DNA of 12,330 nt from Dehalococcoidia bacterium (GTDB lineage Bacteria; Chloroflexota; Dehalococcoidia; Bin125): the NCBI GenBank assembly GCA_963555985.3, contig CAUVXV020000007.1, positions 1 to 12,330 of the forward strand, read 5' to 3'. Positions 1 through 7,906 of this stretch are shown here, in pieces (within the stretch, counting starts at the first letter, position 1; each line of letters starts with the position of its first letter). The position numbers were made by a program, and so were the translations under genes. Under the pieces are notes generated by a model, which did no database searches, was not told the origin of the DNA, and saw nothing but the letters and a program-made list of their open reading frames with translations.

Positions 1-720
1 AGCGTTGTGAGCGGGCGGCTCGGGGAGTTGGATGGGGTTGGAAGGAATTTTTTCCTGCGGGGCTGGAATTTCGACGATCTCCCGCTCTGCGCTGGCGATC
101 GTCGATTCGGGCTGTAAGGCTGTGGAAGGTTGGGGAGTTTCGGCCGGGGTTGGCGCCTCTTCAGCGTGGAGGTTGGGTTGGGCGGGTTGGGGAGATTCCG
201 GAAGAATTTTTTCCTGCGGGGCCGGAATTTCGACGATCTCCTGTTCCGGCTGGGAGATCGTCGATTCGGGCTGTAAGGCTGTGGAAGGTTGGGGGGTTTC
301 GGCCGCGGTTTGGGCTTCCTCGGCTTCGAGGCCGGGTTGGTCGGGGCGCTGCGCGGCGCGGCGGTGGACCTCGCCGACGGTGCGCCGGATCTCGCGCACG
401 AGGGCGGTCAGCTGGGCGTCCTGGGCGTCGCGGGCGCGGAGGTATTCGACCGGGGTGAGGCGGTCTGAGAGACGGGCGACTTCGTCGCCGCGCGTGGCGA
501 GGGCGAGCCGGAACTGGAGCAGTTGCAGGGATTCGAGCAGGAGATCGTCGGCCGCGGGGGCGGCGATGCTGCTCCAGTGGGATTCGAGCAGTTGGAGGTC
601 GTCGCGGACGGTGGTGTGGGAGAGGCCGAGTTGTTCGCCGATCTTGCGCAGGGAGTGGCCGCGCTGTCGGAGGTAGTGGACGCGGAGGGCGCGCCGTCGT
701 CGGGCGGGGTGGATTTGCAT
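1..720 (-). CDS. Helix-turn-helix protein with Pro/Glu/Gln-rich tandem-repeat C-terminal region (3' end outside window)
   Basis: Hand translation from ATG at 720 (SD-like AAAGGG upstream) gives 240 codons with no stop before the window edge: MQIHPARRRRALRVHYLRQRGHSLRKIGEQLGLSHTTVRDDLQLLESHWSSIAAPAADDLLLESLQLLQFRL... The segment GHSLRKIGEQLGLSHTTVRDDL fits an HTH pattern, and the N-terminal half has GC-rich third codon positions. Missing from the ORF track because the stop is outside the window. Confidence 0.8.
   Translation of the reverse strand, partial: MQIHPARRRRALRVHYLRQRGHSLRKIGEQLGLSHTTVRDDLQLLESHWSSIAAPAADDLLLESLQLLQFRLALATRGDEVARLSDRLTPVEYLRARDAQDAQLTALVREIRRTVGEVHRRAAQRPDQPGLEAEEAQTAAETPQPSTALQPESTISQPEQEIVEIPAPQEKILPESPQPAQPNLHAEEAPTPAETPQPSTALQPESTIASAEREIVEIPAPQEKIPSNPIQLPEPPAHNA
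45..340. repeat. 159-bp (53-aa) in-frame tandem duplication within the HTH gene
   Basis: GAATTTTTTCCTGCGGGG at 45 and 204; TGTGGAAGGTTGGGG at 121 and 280 (offset 159). Encodes two copies of AETPQPSTALQPESTIxxxExEIVEIPAPQEKI. Confidence 0.92.
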
Positions 721-739
721 GGGCAGCCCTTTCTGAGTG

Positions 740-779
740 ATACGGGTGTTCTGTGATGACTATACTGAATTGGTGTTCG
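740..779 (-). promoter_or_regulatory. Putative promoter of the HTH gene: -10 TATAGT flanked by two degenerate LexA (SOS) boxes
   Basis: Minus strand reads CGAAC-acca-ATTC (767-779), TATAGT (759-764), GAAC-accc-GTAT (740-751). The consensus for Firmicutes/Actinobacteria/Chloroflexi is GAAC-N4-GTTC. Confidence 0.55.
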
Positions 780-881
780 GGGTTGTGTATCGTGGTTTAT
801 GGAGAGGGGAGGGAACGGATCGCGCGATGCAAGGTCGGTGGTACGACCAGATCTGGAGGTAGCTTCAGACTTGAGCGGTTC

Positions 882-910
882 GAGATTCCCGCGTAGCGCG
901 GGAATGACGG
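882..910. repeat. REP-like palindrome (GTCATTCCCGCG class)
   Basis: Perfect hairpin ATTCCCGCG-TAG-CGCGGGAAT (885-905) followed by GACGG. Same family as the element at 11324-11440. Confidence 0.75.
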
Positions 911-994
911 AAATGGGGATTATGCGCAGGTCTCCAAGGGGGAGAGGGGAGTGGAATTTTGCAACGGTCTCCGCAGGCGGGGATCCAATACCCC

Positions 995-2869
995 CTACCA
1001 ATCCGCCACACCGGACTCTACCGTCGCCAACGTTCCCGCCGCCAGGCGATCACCGGGTACCGCCCTCAGCGCATCCAGCACTGCCAAGGCCTGCTCCAGG
1101 CTCGCCTCCTCCAGTGGCAGCGCGTCCAACGCCTCCTGGAGTTCGGCTAATGCTTCGCGCCGCGCGTCGGAGCGATCTTCTTCGGCGAACGTGGGATTAG
1201 TCGGCGCGCCGGCGTTCTGTCCCTCTGTATCAGCCTCACTCTCAGCCGCGGCCGACGATCCTGACTCAGCGGACTCCGGCTCGCCCTCTGCCGGAGCTGC
1301 CGCCTGCCCGGCTTGCTCTGCCTCGGCGCTCAGTCCAGACCCCTCCGCTTCAGCGGATTGCTCCGATTCCGACGCGAGTGCGGCGCCCTCCTGCTCGGAC
1401 TGCGCGGTTTCCGCCTGATCAAGCAGCAGGTTGACCAGTTCGAGGTTGATCTTCGCGTCGAGCAGCTCGGGTTGTTCGCGCAAGGCCTCGATGTAGGCAG
1501 CTCTGGCTCCGAGCAGATCTTCGTTGGCCCAGCGGTGATTGCCCGTATGGAACCAGGCCAACGCCCGCTGCGCCGGATCGGTCGAGCGCAGCGCCGCCAG
1601 CGACTCGGTTTCGGCCCGCTCGTATTGGCCCAACTGGTGCAGCGCCCGTCCGGCGTTCAGATGCAGACGCGGATCGATCGCGCCGTCGCGCTGATCCGCC
1701 CGCTGCGCCTCACGCCAGGATTCCAGCGCTTCTCCGTAGCGACCAGCGGCATAGTGTTCAGCGCCCTCGGTGTTGGCGCGCTCGACAGCCGAAGCTTGAC
1801 AACCGCTGACCGCAGCAGCCGACGCGACGAGCGCCGTCAGCCCCAACACCCGCGCGGTACGACGCACCACACGATTCCGCGCCCAGCCGCCGTGAGCCAG
1901 CACCCGCACCACGCTCGCGCCGATTAGTGCCAGCAGCGCCAGCAGCGCGAACCAGCGGTACTGCTCGTGCAGCGCCGACTCCACCTCGGCCACCTCACGC
2001 GAGAGCTCCAGCGCGGCCAAGTCCGCGTTCATCGCCGTCATCGAGCCGGGACGGCGCAGCTCGATGTAGCGCCCGCCGCCTGTCTCGGCGATCTCACGCA
2101 GCGACTCCGCATCAAGCCGCGACACCACTGGCTGTCCGCTGCGCGCGTCGATCTTGAACTCGCGCGGACGCCCGGTCAGGCCGCCGCCGATCGGCACGTT
2201 CGCGCCGTCCGCCGTGCCGACTCCGACCGTGAAGACCTGTGTGCCGTCCTCCCAAGCGGCCGCCGCCGCTGAGACCGCATCGCCGCTGTGGGTCTCGCCG
2301 TCGCTGACGACCACGATCACGCCCGGAGCTTCCTCTCGTGCCAGCGTCGCGCGGGCGGTCTCGATCGCGGCCGCGATATTCGAGCCGGGCGGCGCAAGCG
2401 CCTCACCGGGCTGTAGCGCATCGAGCACCGCCAGCGCGCTCGCGTGATCACGAGTGAGCGGGAAACGCAGGAATGGCTGTCCCGCGAAGATCACGAGTCC
2501 GATCCGGTCGCCGCGCCGCGCGTCGACCAAGCGGCGGACTTCCGCCTGGGCTGCGACGAAGCGGCTGGGCGCGACATCCTCAGCCGCCATGCTCTGTGAG
2601 ACATCGAGCGCGATCACGACGGCGAACTCGGAGAGCTCGAGCGCCTGCTCGGTCGCGCCCCACTGCGGTCGCGCAGCCGCCAGCGCGAGCAGGATCAGGC
2701 TCAGCCCGATCAGCGCGTACGCAAGACGGTTCCCCCGGCGCTCGCCGATCACTCGCGCTCGCGCCGCAATCCGATGCACGCGCCGCCAGCGCCAGAGCCA
2801 CCAGACCGCCGCCAACGCGATCGGCGCAAGTACGAGCGCGGCCAGCGCTTCCGGCGCTCCCCAGGCCAT
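995..2869 (-). CDS. vWA-domain (BatB-like) protein fused to a TPR domain and acidic tail (BatC-like)
   Basis: N-terminal TM segments and AARPQWG; MIDAS residues DVSQSM...GSN...VSDGETH; TPR-like repeats (LHLNAGRALHQLGQYERA, AWFHTGNHRW, DAKINLEL); Glu/Ser/Ala-rich linker; C-terminal DW. The ATG at 2869 overlaps the upstream stop (TAATG), so it is preferred over 2887. Confidence 0.88.
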   Translation of the reverse strand: MAWGAPEALAALVLAPIALAAVWWLWRWRRVHRIAARARVIGERRGNRLAYALIGLSLILLALAAARPQWGATEQALELSEFAVVIALDVSQSMAAEDVAPSRFVAAQAEVRRLVDARRGDRIGLVIFAGQPFLRFPLTRDHASALAVLDALQPGEALAPPGSNIAAAIETARATLAREEAPGVIVVVSDGETHSGDAVSAAAAAWEDGTQVFTVGVGTADGANVPIGGGLTGRPREFKIDARSGQPVVSRLDAESLREIAETGGGRYIELRRPGSMTAMNADLAALELSREVAEVESALHEQYRWFALLALLALIGASVVRVLAHGGWARNRVVRRTARVLGLTALVASAAAVSGCQASAVERANTEGAEHYAAGRYGEALESWREAQRADQRDGAIDPRLHLNAGRALHQLGQYERAETESLAALRSTDPAQRALAWFHTGNHRWANEDLLGARAAYIEALREQPELLDAKINLELVNLLLDQAETAQSEQEGAALASESEQSAEAEGSGLSAEAEQAGQAAAPAEGEPESAESGSSAAAESEADTEGQNAGAPTNPTFAEEDRSDARREALAELQEALDALPLEEASLEQALAVLDALRAVPGDRLAAGTLATVESGVADW

Positions 2870-3825
2870 TACGGAGCTCGCCGCCACCAGCTGCCGCGCA
2901 GCGCCAGTTCGAGCAGAATCAGCAGCCCCGCCGGAATCAGCAGCAGCGGAGCCAGCTCGCGTGTGGTCAGCAGGGTTTCTTCGCCCACACGCTCGCGTTC
3001 AAGCTGGCTGATGTGGTCATACGCCTCGGCCAGTTCGTTGGCGTCTTCGGCGCGGAAGTAGACGCCGCCGGTCTCGTCGGCGATGTAGACCAGGCTGAGT
3101 TCGCTCGGTCCCACGCTAGTCCGCCCGCCCAGCGTCGGTAGGCCGATCATGTAGATGCGCACGCCGAGCGCACGAGCGATCGAAGCGGCCTGATTGGTAG
3201 TGATGTCGGGCACGTTGTTCTCGCCGTCGGTCAGGGCGACGACGATCCGGCTGGCCGCGTCGGAGTCGCGCAGCAGGTCGACGGCTTCGGCAAGCGCGAC
3301 GCCGAGGGCAGTGCCGTCGGGGATATAGCCGCTGCGCACGCTGGTCTCGATCATCGCGTCAATCGCATCCAGGTCGAGCGTGAGCGGGCTCAGCACCAAA
3401 CTGCGGCGCTGAAACATGACCAACCCGACGCGATCCTCGACGCGCTGCGAGACGAACTCGCGGGCCACCCGGCGCGCAGCCTCGATCCGGGTCTCGTTCT
3501 GCGAGAGGTAAGTCGTGGTCATCGAGCTTGAGGTGTCGATCACGAGCACGATGTCGATGCCTTCGGCGGGCCGCACGGCTTCGACCTGCGTCGCCTGGGG
3601 CCGGGCCATGGCGATGATGATCAACACGACTGCGATCACCCGAATCGCAGGCAGCCAGGGCAGCAGCCGCAGCCGCCAGCCCCGCTGCGCCGAATCCGGC
3701 GGCGCACCCGCAAGCTGCGGCAACGCATAGCGAGGACGCGGCAAGCGTCCAACCCGAACCAGCAGCCAGAGATAGAGCGGAACCACTGCGAAGAGCGCGA
3801 GCAAGGCGGGGTCTTCAAGCTGCAT
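2869..3825 (-). CDS. batA: vWA domain-containing membrane protein, BatA-like
   Basis: MQLEDPALLALF start with GGAGAG upstream; AMARPQ, GIDIVLVIDTSSSM (MIDAS DxSxS), DGTALG, LTDGENN, IADETGGVYFRA and a C-terminal TM segment. 318 aa from ATG at 3825. Confidence 0.88.
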   Translation of the reverse strand: MQLEDPALLALFAVVPLYLWLLVRVGRLPRPRYALPQLAGAPPDSAQRGWRLRLLPWLPAIRVIAVVLIIIAMARPQATQVEAVRPAEGIDIVLVIDTSSSMTTTYLSQNETRIEAARRVAREFVSQRVEDRVGLVMFQRRSLVLSPLTLDLDAIDAMIETSVRSGYIPDGTALGVALAEAVDLLRDSDAASRIVVALTDGENNVPDITTNQAASIARALGVRIYMIGLPTLGGRTSVGPSELSLVYIADETGGVYFRAEDANELAEAYDHISQLERERVGEETLLTTRELAPLLLIPAGLLILLELALRGSWWRRAP

Positions 3826-3838
3826 GGCACTCTCCGCC

Positions 3839-4714
3839 TCACCGAGCCTGCGCGATGATCGCCGCCGCCAGCTCGTGATAGCCGCGCAGACGCTCGGAAG
3901 CCGGCGCACGACCCGCATACTGCACCCGATCGCACTCCTGCAACAGATTGCGCACCTGCTGGACAGTGGCAGCGGGCGCTCCCGCCGCCGCCAATGCTCT
4001 CGGCAACTCGGCAGTGGTCAGCGAGCGCGCCGGCAGCGACCACTCCTCCGCCAATCGCTCGCGCACCGCCTGCGCCAATTGCCGGCATTGCTCGGCGGGC
4101 GGTAGCGAGGGATCAAACTCGGGCAACGCCCACTGCGGCGCGTCAATCTCCGAGATCTGTTCTGCAGAGCGCTGCGAACGCCTACGCATCCGCAACAGCC
4201 GCGCAGCGATGAATCCGACGCCAATCCCGATGATCGCCACGATCCAGGGCGCGAAGTTCCGCTCCTGCGCTTCGAGCAGATCGGGCGGAGTCAGCGGGCG
4301 CGGTTCCGTGACTGACGAGAGCACGCTCACCACCGTGACCAGGATCGGATCGACGTTGACGGGTTCGAGTTGCTGCCCATCGCGTTCGAGCGGGATTGGC
4401 GGCAATTCAATCACGAAACGCGCACTCTTGAACGCGCGAGTTTCGTAGGTCAAGGCCGTCTCGGTGGGCGAGACCGCGACCATCTCCGGGACGGCCGGAT
4501 CCATCTCTCCCATCGGCGTCAGGGCGGGCTGCAACACGACGCGAGTCTCCGCGTCGTGCGTGATCGTGACGGTGATCGTCACCGGATCGCCGACGGTGAG
4601 CGAATCAACAGGCGTAACGACGACGCTGGCGCTGGGCGGCGTCTGCGCCGCAGCAGGAGCGACTACAGAGAACACGAGCAGCAGACAGAGACTGAGGAAC
4701 AGGGCGCGAGTCAT
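3839..4714 (-). CDS. Conserved Bat-operon membrane protein (signal peptide, beta-rich domain, TM, helical C-terminal domain)
   Basis: Signal peptide ending APAAAQ; VGDPVTITVTI beta-rich region; TM WIVAIIGIGVGFIAA followed by a basic cluster; C-terminal SLTTAEL...LLQECDRVQYA. ATGA overlap with DUF58. Occupies the usual position between DUF58 and batA. Confidence 0.8.
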   Translation of the reverse strand: MTRALFLSLCLLLVFSVVAPAAAQTPPSASVVVTPVDSLTVGDPVTITVTITHDAETRVVLQPALTPMGEMDPAVPEMVAVSPTETALTYETRAFKSARFVIELPPIPLERDGQQLEPVNVDPILVTVVSVLSSVTEPRPLTPPDLLEAQERNFAPWIVAIIGIGVGFIAARLLRMRRRSQRSAEQISEIDAPQWALPEFDPSLPPAEQCRQLAQAVRERLAEEWSLPARSLTTAELPRALAAAGAPAATVQQVRNLLQECDRVQYAGRAPASERLRGYHELAAAIIAQAR

Positions 4715-5682
4715 GGTCGTTGGCGGCGCTCGTAGAAGAGGCGGGTGAGCGGAGGCAGATAGTCGTCGGTCGTGGAGAGCGCAATCACGTCGCAGCCGCA
4801 GCGCCGCAGGCGAGCGACAGTCTCATCCCGATCCTCGCGCAGCCGCCGGCGCTGGAGTGCGGTCGTCGCTTCGTCGGCCAGCACCGTATCGCCGCGCTCT
4901 GCCCCGCTCCAGGTCGCCAGCGGCGCAGCCGGCAGCCGCGACTCCTCCGGATCGCGCACGCAGACCGCCACCACATCATGCCGCAAGGCGAGCTGGCTCA
5001 GGCTCGGTTCCCAGACGTGATCGGGATGCACCGCGATGAAGTCGCCGATGATGATCACGATCCCGCGCCGCCGCATCAGCCGCCCCGCGTGTTGGAAGGC
5101 GCGCGCCAGCTCGGTCCTCCCTCCCACCGGTTGAGCAAGCAGATCGCGCACGATCCGCAGCACATGCTGCGAGCCTTTGGCCGGCGGAATCGTGAAGTCG
5201 ATCTGGTTCGAGAACGCGACCGCCCCAACCAGATCGTTGGCCGCAGCAGCCGCAAAGCCGAGCACGCCCGCAATCTCGATCGCGCGATTGGCGACCGACG
5301 GCCCACTCGCGGCGTACCCGGCCGAGCCGCTCAGATCGACCAGCAGCAGCACGGTCTGCTCGCGTTCCTCAACGTAGCGCCGCACCACCGGCTGGCGCAG
5401 CCGCGCGGTCGCCTTCCAGTCAATGCTGCGCACCTCGTCCCCCGGCGCATACGGCCGCAGTTCGGCGAATTCGATCCCGCGACCGCGAAAAGCGGCTGCA
5501 TACTGTCCGGCCAGCTGGTCGCGGAGCAACCTCCGCGCCCGGATCTCAATCCGCCGCACCGCGCGACGCAACTGCTCAGGCGCAAGCGCCGCCTCTTCCC
5601 CCTCCGGCGGCAAGGGCGGAATCAGCCAATCGCGGGCGCGTTCCAGGATCGAGCGCTGGTGGTTCACGGCATCGTCGGTCAC
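4711..5682 (-). CDS. DUF58 domain-containing protein
   Basis: Motifs FRGRGIEFAELRPYAPGDEVRSIDWKATAR, YVEERE, LLVDLSGS, IIGDF. GTGA overlap with the moxR stop. Confidence 0.93.
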   Translation of the reverse strand: MTDDAVNHQRSILERARDWLIPPLPPEGEEAALAPEQLRRAVRRIEIRARRLLRDQLAGQYAAAFRGRGIEFAELRPYAPGDEVRSIDWKATARLRQPVVRRYVEEREQTVLLLVDLSGSAGYAASGPSVANRAIEIAGVLGFAAAAANDLVGAVAFSNQIDFTIPPAKGSQHVLRIVRDLLAQPVGGRTELARAFQHAGRLMRRRGIVIIIGDFIAVHPDHVWEPSLSQLALRHDVVAVCVRDPEESRLPAAPLATWSGAERGDTVLADEATTALQRRRLREDRDETVARLRRCGCDVIALSTTDDYLPPLTRLFYERRQRP

Positions 5683-6722
5683 GGTAGGGGCAATGCTTGC
5701 AACAGTTCGCTGATTACCTGGTCGGAGTCGATTTCGTCGGCTTCGGCTTCGTAGCTGAGCACGATCCGGTGCCGCAGGGTGTCCAGGGCGAGCGTCTTCA
5801 CGTCGTCGGGAGTCGCATAATCGCGGCCCGAGAGCCAGGCATGGGCGCGCGCCGCCTGCGCCAGCGCAGCCGTCGCTCGCGGCGATGCGCCGTGGCGGAC
5901 ATAGGCCGCCAGTTCGCGCCGCCAGCGAGCAGGCGCGCGCGTCGCCCGCGCGAGCTGCACGATGTAGTCCCGCAGCGACGGTTCCAGCCGCACTTCACCG
6001 ACCGAGCGACGCGCATCGAGCAATGCAGCCGTGTCCGTCACCGCTTGCACAGTGGGCACGGCGGCATCGAGCTGGCGGTCAAGCACCTCGCGCTCGTCAA
6101 GTTCGCCCGGATAATCCACCACCACCTTGAGCATGAAGCGGTCAAGTTGCGCCTCTGGCAACGGGTAGGTGCCTTCCTGCTCAATCGGATTCTGCGTCGC
6201 CAGCACCAGAAACGGCTGCGGCAAAGGAAAACTCTCCCCGCCGATCGAGACCTGCCGCTCCTGCATCGCCTCAAGCAGCGCCGATTGCACCTTGGCCGGC
6301 GCGCGGTTGATCTCGTCAGCGAGCAGCACATTGGTGAAGATCGGCCCCTGCCGCACATGAAATTCGGCCTGGGCCGCGTTGTAGATCTCGCTGCCGGTGA
6401 GGTCTGCCGGCAGCAGATCCGGAGTGAACTGCAAGCGCGTGTAGTCGGCGTCCAGACAGGCCGCGAGCGTACTCACGGTCAGCGACTTCGCCAATCCGGG
6501 CACACCCTCGATCAGGCAGTGCCCATCGCAGAGCAGCGCGATCAGCAGCCGCGTGATCAGCGCATCCTGCCCGACGATCACCTGCGCGATCTCGGCGCGG
6601 AGATCGGCAAACGGCGCATGATCCGGGATCGGCGCAGGAGGCGCGCTCGGAGCGGGCGCAGCCACAGGCACGGCCTCGGATGGTGGTGCGGTTGCGGGCT
6701 TCGCGCGAGACCACTCCGACAT
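5679..6722 (-). CDS. moxR: MoxR family AAA+ ATPase
   Basis: Walker A EGVPGLAKS, RLQFTPDLLPADLTG, Walker B LLADEINRAPAKVQSALLEAMQE, ATQNPIEQEGTYPLPEAQLDRF, GASPRA, LRHRI. SD GGAGG upstream. Confidence 0.96.
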   Translation of the reverse strand: MSEWSRAKPATAPPSEAVPVAAPAPSAPPAPIPDHAPFADLRAEIAQVIVGQDALITRLLIALLCDGHCLIEGVPGLAKSLTVSTLAACLDADYTRLQFTPDLLPADLTGSEIYNAAQAEFHVRQGPIFTNVLLADEINRAPAKVQSALLEAMQERQVSIGGESFPLPQPFLVLATQNPIEQEGTYPLPEAQLDRFMLKVVVDYPGELDEREVLDRQLDAAVPTVQAVTDTAALLDARRSVGEVRLEPSLRDYIVQLARATRAPARWRRELAAYVRHGASPRATAALAQAARAHAWLSGRDYATPDDVKTLALDTLRHRIVLSYEAEADEIDSDQVISELLQALPLP

Positions 6723-6862
6723 TGCCGCCTCCGCATCCGCCGTCCACGGCCTGCGAGCGCCAGTGTATCGCCGACTCGTCTGGCAGCGCCTGCGCCTGAA
6801 CGCCTACTATTCGCGCAGCCGCGCATCGGCAACAGCGCGGCCGAACGTTTGGAGGGGCGGCC
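6723..6862. promoter_or_regulatory. Divergent promoter region between moxR and the first LLM gene
   Basis: 140-bp gap between divergent starts. Candidate -10 elements are TACACT (minus strand, 6762-6767) and TACTAT (plus strand, 6805-6810). Confidence 0.4.
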
Positions 6863-7828
6863 ATGCGATTCGGCGTTGGCGTAGGCAACATGGGCGGATT
6901 CGGCGATCCGGGAGGCGTGGACGCCTGCCTCGAAGTCGCCCAGGCCGCCGAAGACCTCGGCTTCGACTCGGTTTGGTGCAACGACCACGTGGTCATCCCA
7001 ACCTCAATCGAGTCGCGCTATCCCTACAACGAGACCGGCGACTTCCCTGCGCCTCCCTCAATCGAGTGCTTCGAGCCGCTGACGATGATGTGCGCCCTCG
7101 CCGAAGCGACGGAATCCGTCGAGATCGGCGTCTCGGTGCTGGTCATCCCCTACCGACACCCGGCCGTCACCGCCAAGATGCTGGCGGCGGCGGATCGGCT
7201 CTCGGGCGGACGGATCGTCCTCGGCGCAGGCGTCGGCTGGATGCGCGAGGAATTCGAGGCGCTCGGCCTCTCAGAAGAGCACTACCGGCGGCGCGGCGCG
7301 GTCACCAACGAGTTCCTGCGCGCGATGAAGGAGATGTGGACGAACACCGGCCCGTCCTCGTTCCACGGCCGCTACGTCTCCTTCGATCAAGTCGGCGCAT
7401 ATCCCAAACCCGCCCAACGCGAGGACGGCGGCAGCATCCCAATCGTGATCGGCGGCAACGGCATCAACGCCTGGCGCAGAGCCTCGCGCTGGGGCGACGG
7501 CTTCCACGCCGCCTTCCAGTCGCCCGAGAACCTCGCCGCCGAGGTCGAGGGTCTGCACGCCGCCTGCCGCCGCGACCGGCGCGATCCCGACGAACTGGAG
7601 ATCTCGATGCTCTCGGGGATCTTCCTGACGGACACGTCGCTGGACGAGGACGGACGACCGCTGCTGAACGGATCACCCGACCAGATAGCCGCAGACCTGC
7701 TCCAGTTCGGCAAGGTCGGCCTCGAACACCTTGTCGGCACGCCAACGTTCCAGGGCGAATCCCAGCTCGAACGAGTCATGCGAGGCATGGAGTTCATGTC
7801 GTCCGAACTACTGCCGGCGTTTCAATAG
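6863..7828 (+). CDS. LLM-class oxidoreductase, probably F420-dependent (Rv2161c-like)
   Basis: AEDLGFDSVWCNDHVVIP, SRYPY, IGVSVLVIPYRHP, DRLSGGRIVLGAGVGWMREEFEALG, PIVIGG. SD GGAGG upstream. Confidence 0.92.
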   Translation: MRFGVGVGNMGGFGDPGGVDACLEVAQAAEDLGFDSVWCNDHVVIPTSIESRYPYNETGDFPAPPSIECFEPLTMMCALAEATESVEIGVSVLVIPYRHPAVTAKMLAAADRLSGGRIVLGAGVGWMREEFEALGLSEEHYRRRGAVTNEFLRAMKEMWTNTGPSSFHGRYVSFDQVGAYPKPAQREDGGSIPIVIGGNGINAWRRASRWGDGFHAAFQSPENLAAEVEGLHAACRRDRRDPDELEISMLSGIFLTDTSLDEDGRPLLNGSPDQIAADLLQFGKVGLEHLVGTPTFQGESQLERVMRGMEFMSSELLPAFQ

Positions 7829-7838
7829 GAGTGGCAGA

Positions 7839-7887
7839 CCCCCCTCTGTCCCTACGGGACATCTCCCCCCACAGAGCGGGGGGAGAG
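7839..7887. repeat. REP-like double hairpin between the LLM paralogs
   Basis: CCCCCCTC followed by hairpins TGTCCC-TAC-GGGACA (7847-7861) and TCTCCCCCC-ACAGAGC-GGGGGGAGA (7862-7886). No U-tract follows. Confidence 0.7.
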
Positions 7888-7906
7888 TGGAGATCAGGAG
7901 CTTGAG

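Noticed and set aside
32-1001. ORF-track calls 32..676(+), 150..458(+), 408..1001(-) and 523..756(+)
   Set aside because: These are antisense or off-frame shadows of the stop-less minus-strand HTH frame starting at 720, which has an SD, coding-like codon bias and a recognisable motif.
1200-1410. Low-complexity Glu/Ser/Ala stretch as a separate repeat element
   Set aside because: It is the ordinary acidic linker of BatC-like TPR proteins, with no exact DNA periodicity.
2869-3918. Longer starts at 3918 (batA) and 2887 (vWA-TPR)
   Set aside because: They overlap upstream genes. ATG 3825 has an SD and ATG 2869 is coupled through TAATG.
7862-7886. Intrinsic terminator after the first LLM gene
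   Set aside because: No U-tract on either strand; the structure fits a REP-type repeat better.
4720-7905. Long alternative ORFs 4720..5754(+), 5697..6884(+) and 6763..7905(+)
   Set aside because: They overlap well-supported DUF58, MoxR and LLM genes, are Arg-rich with no motifs, and are expected in high-GC DNA.
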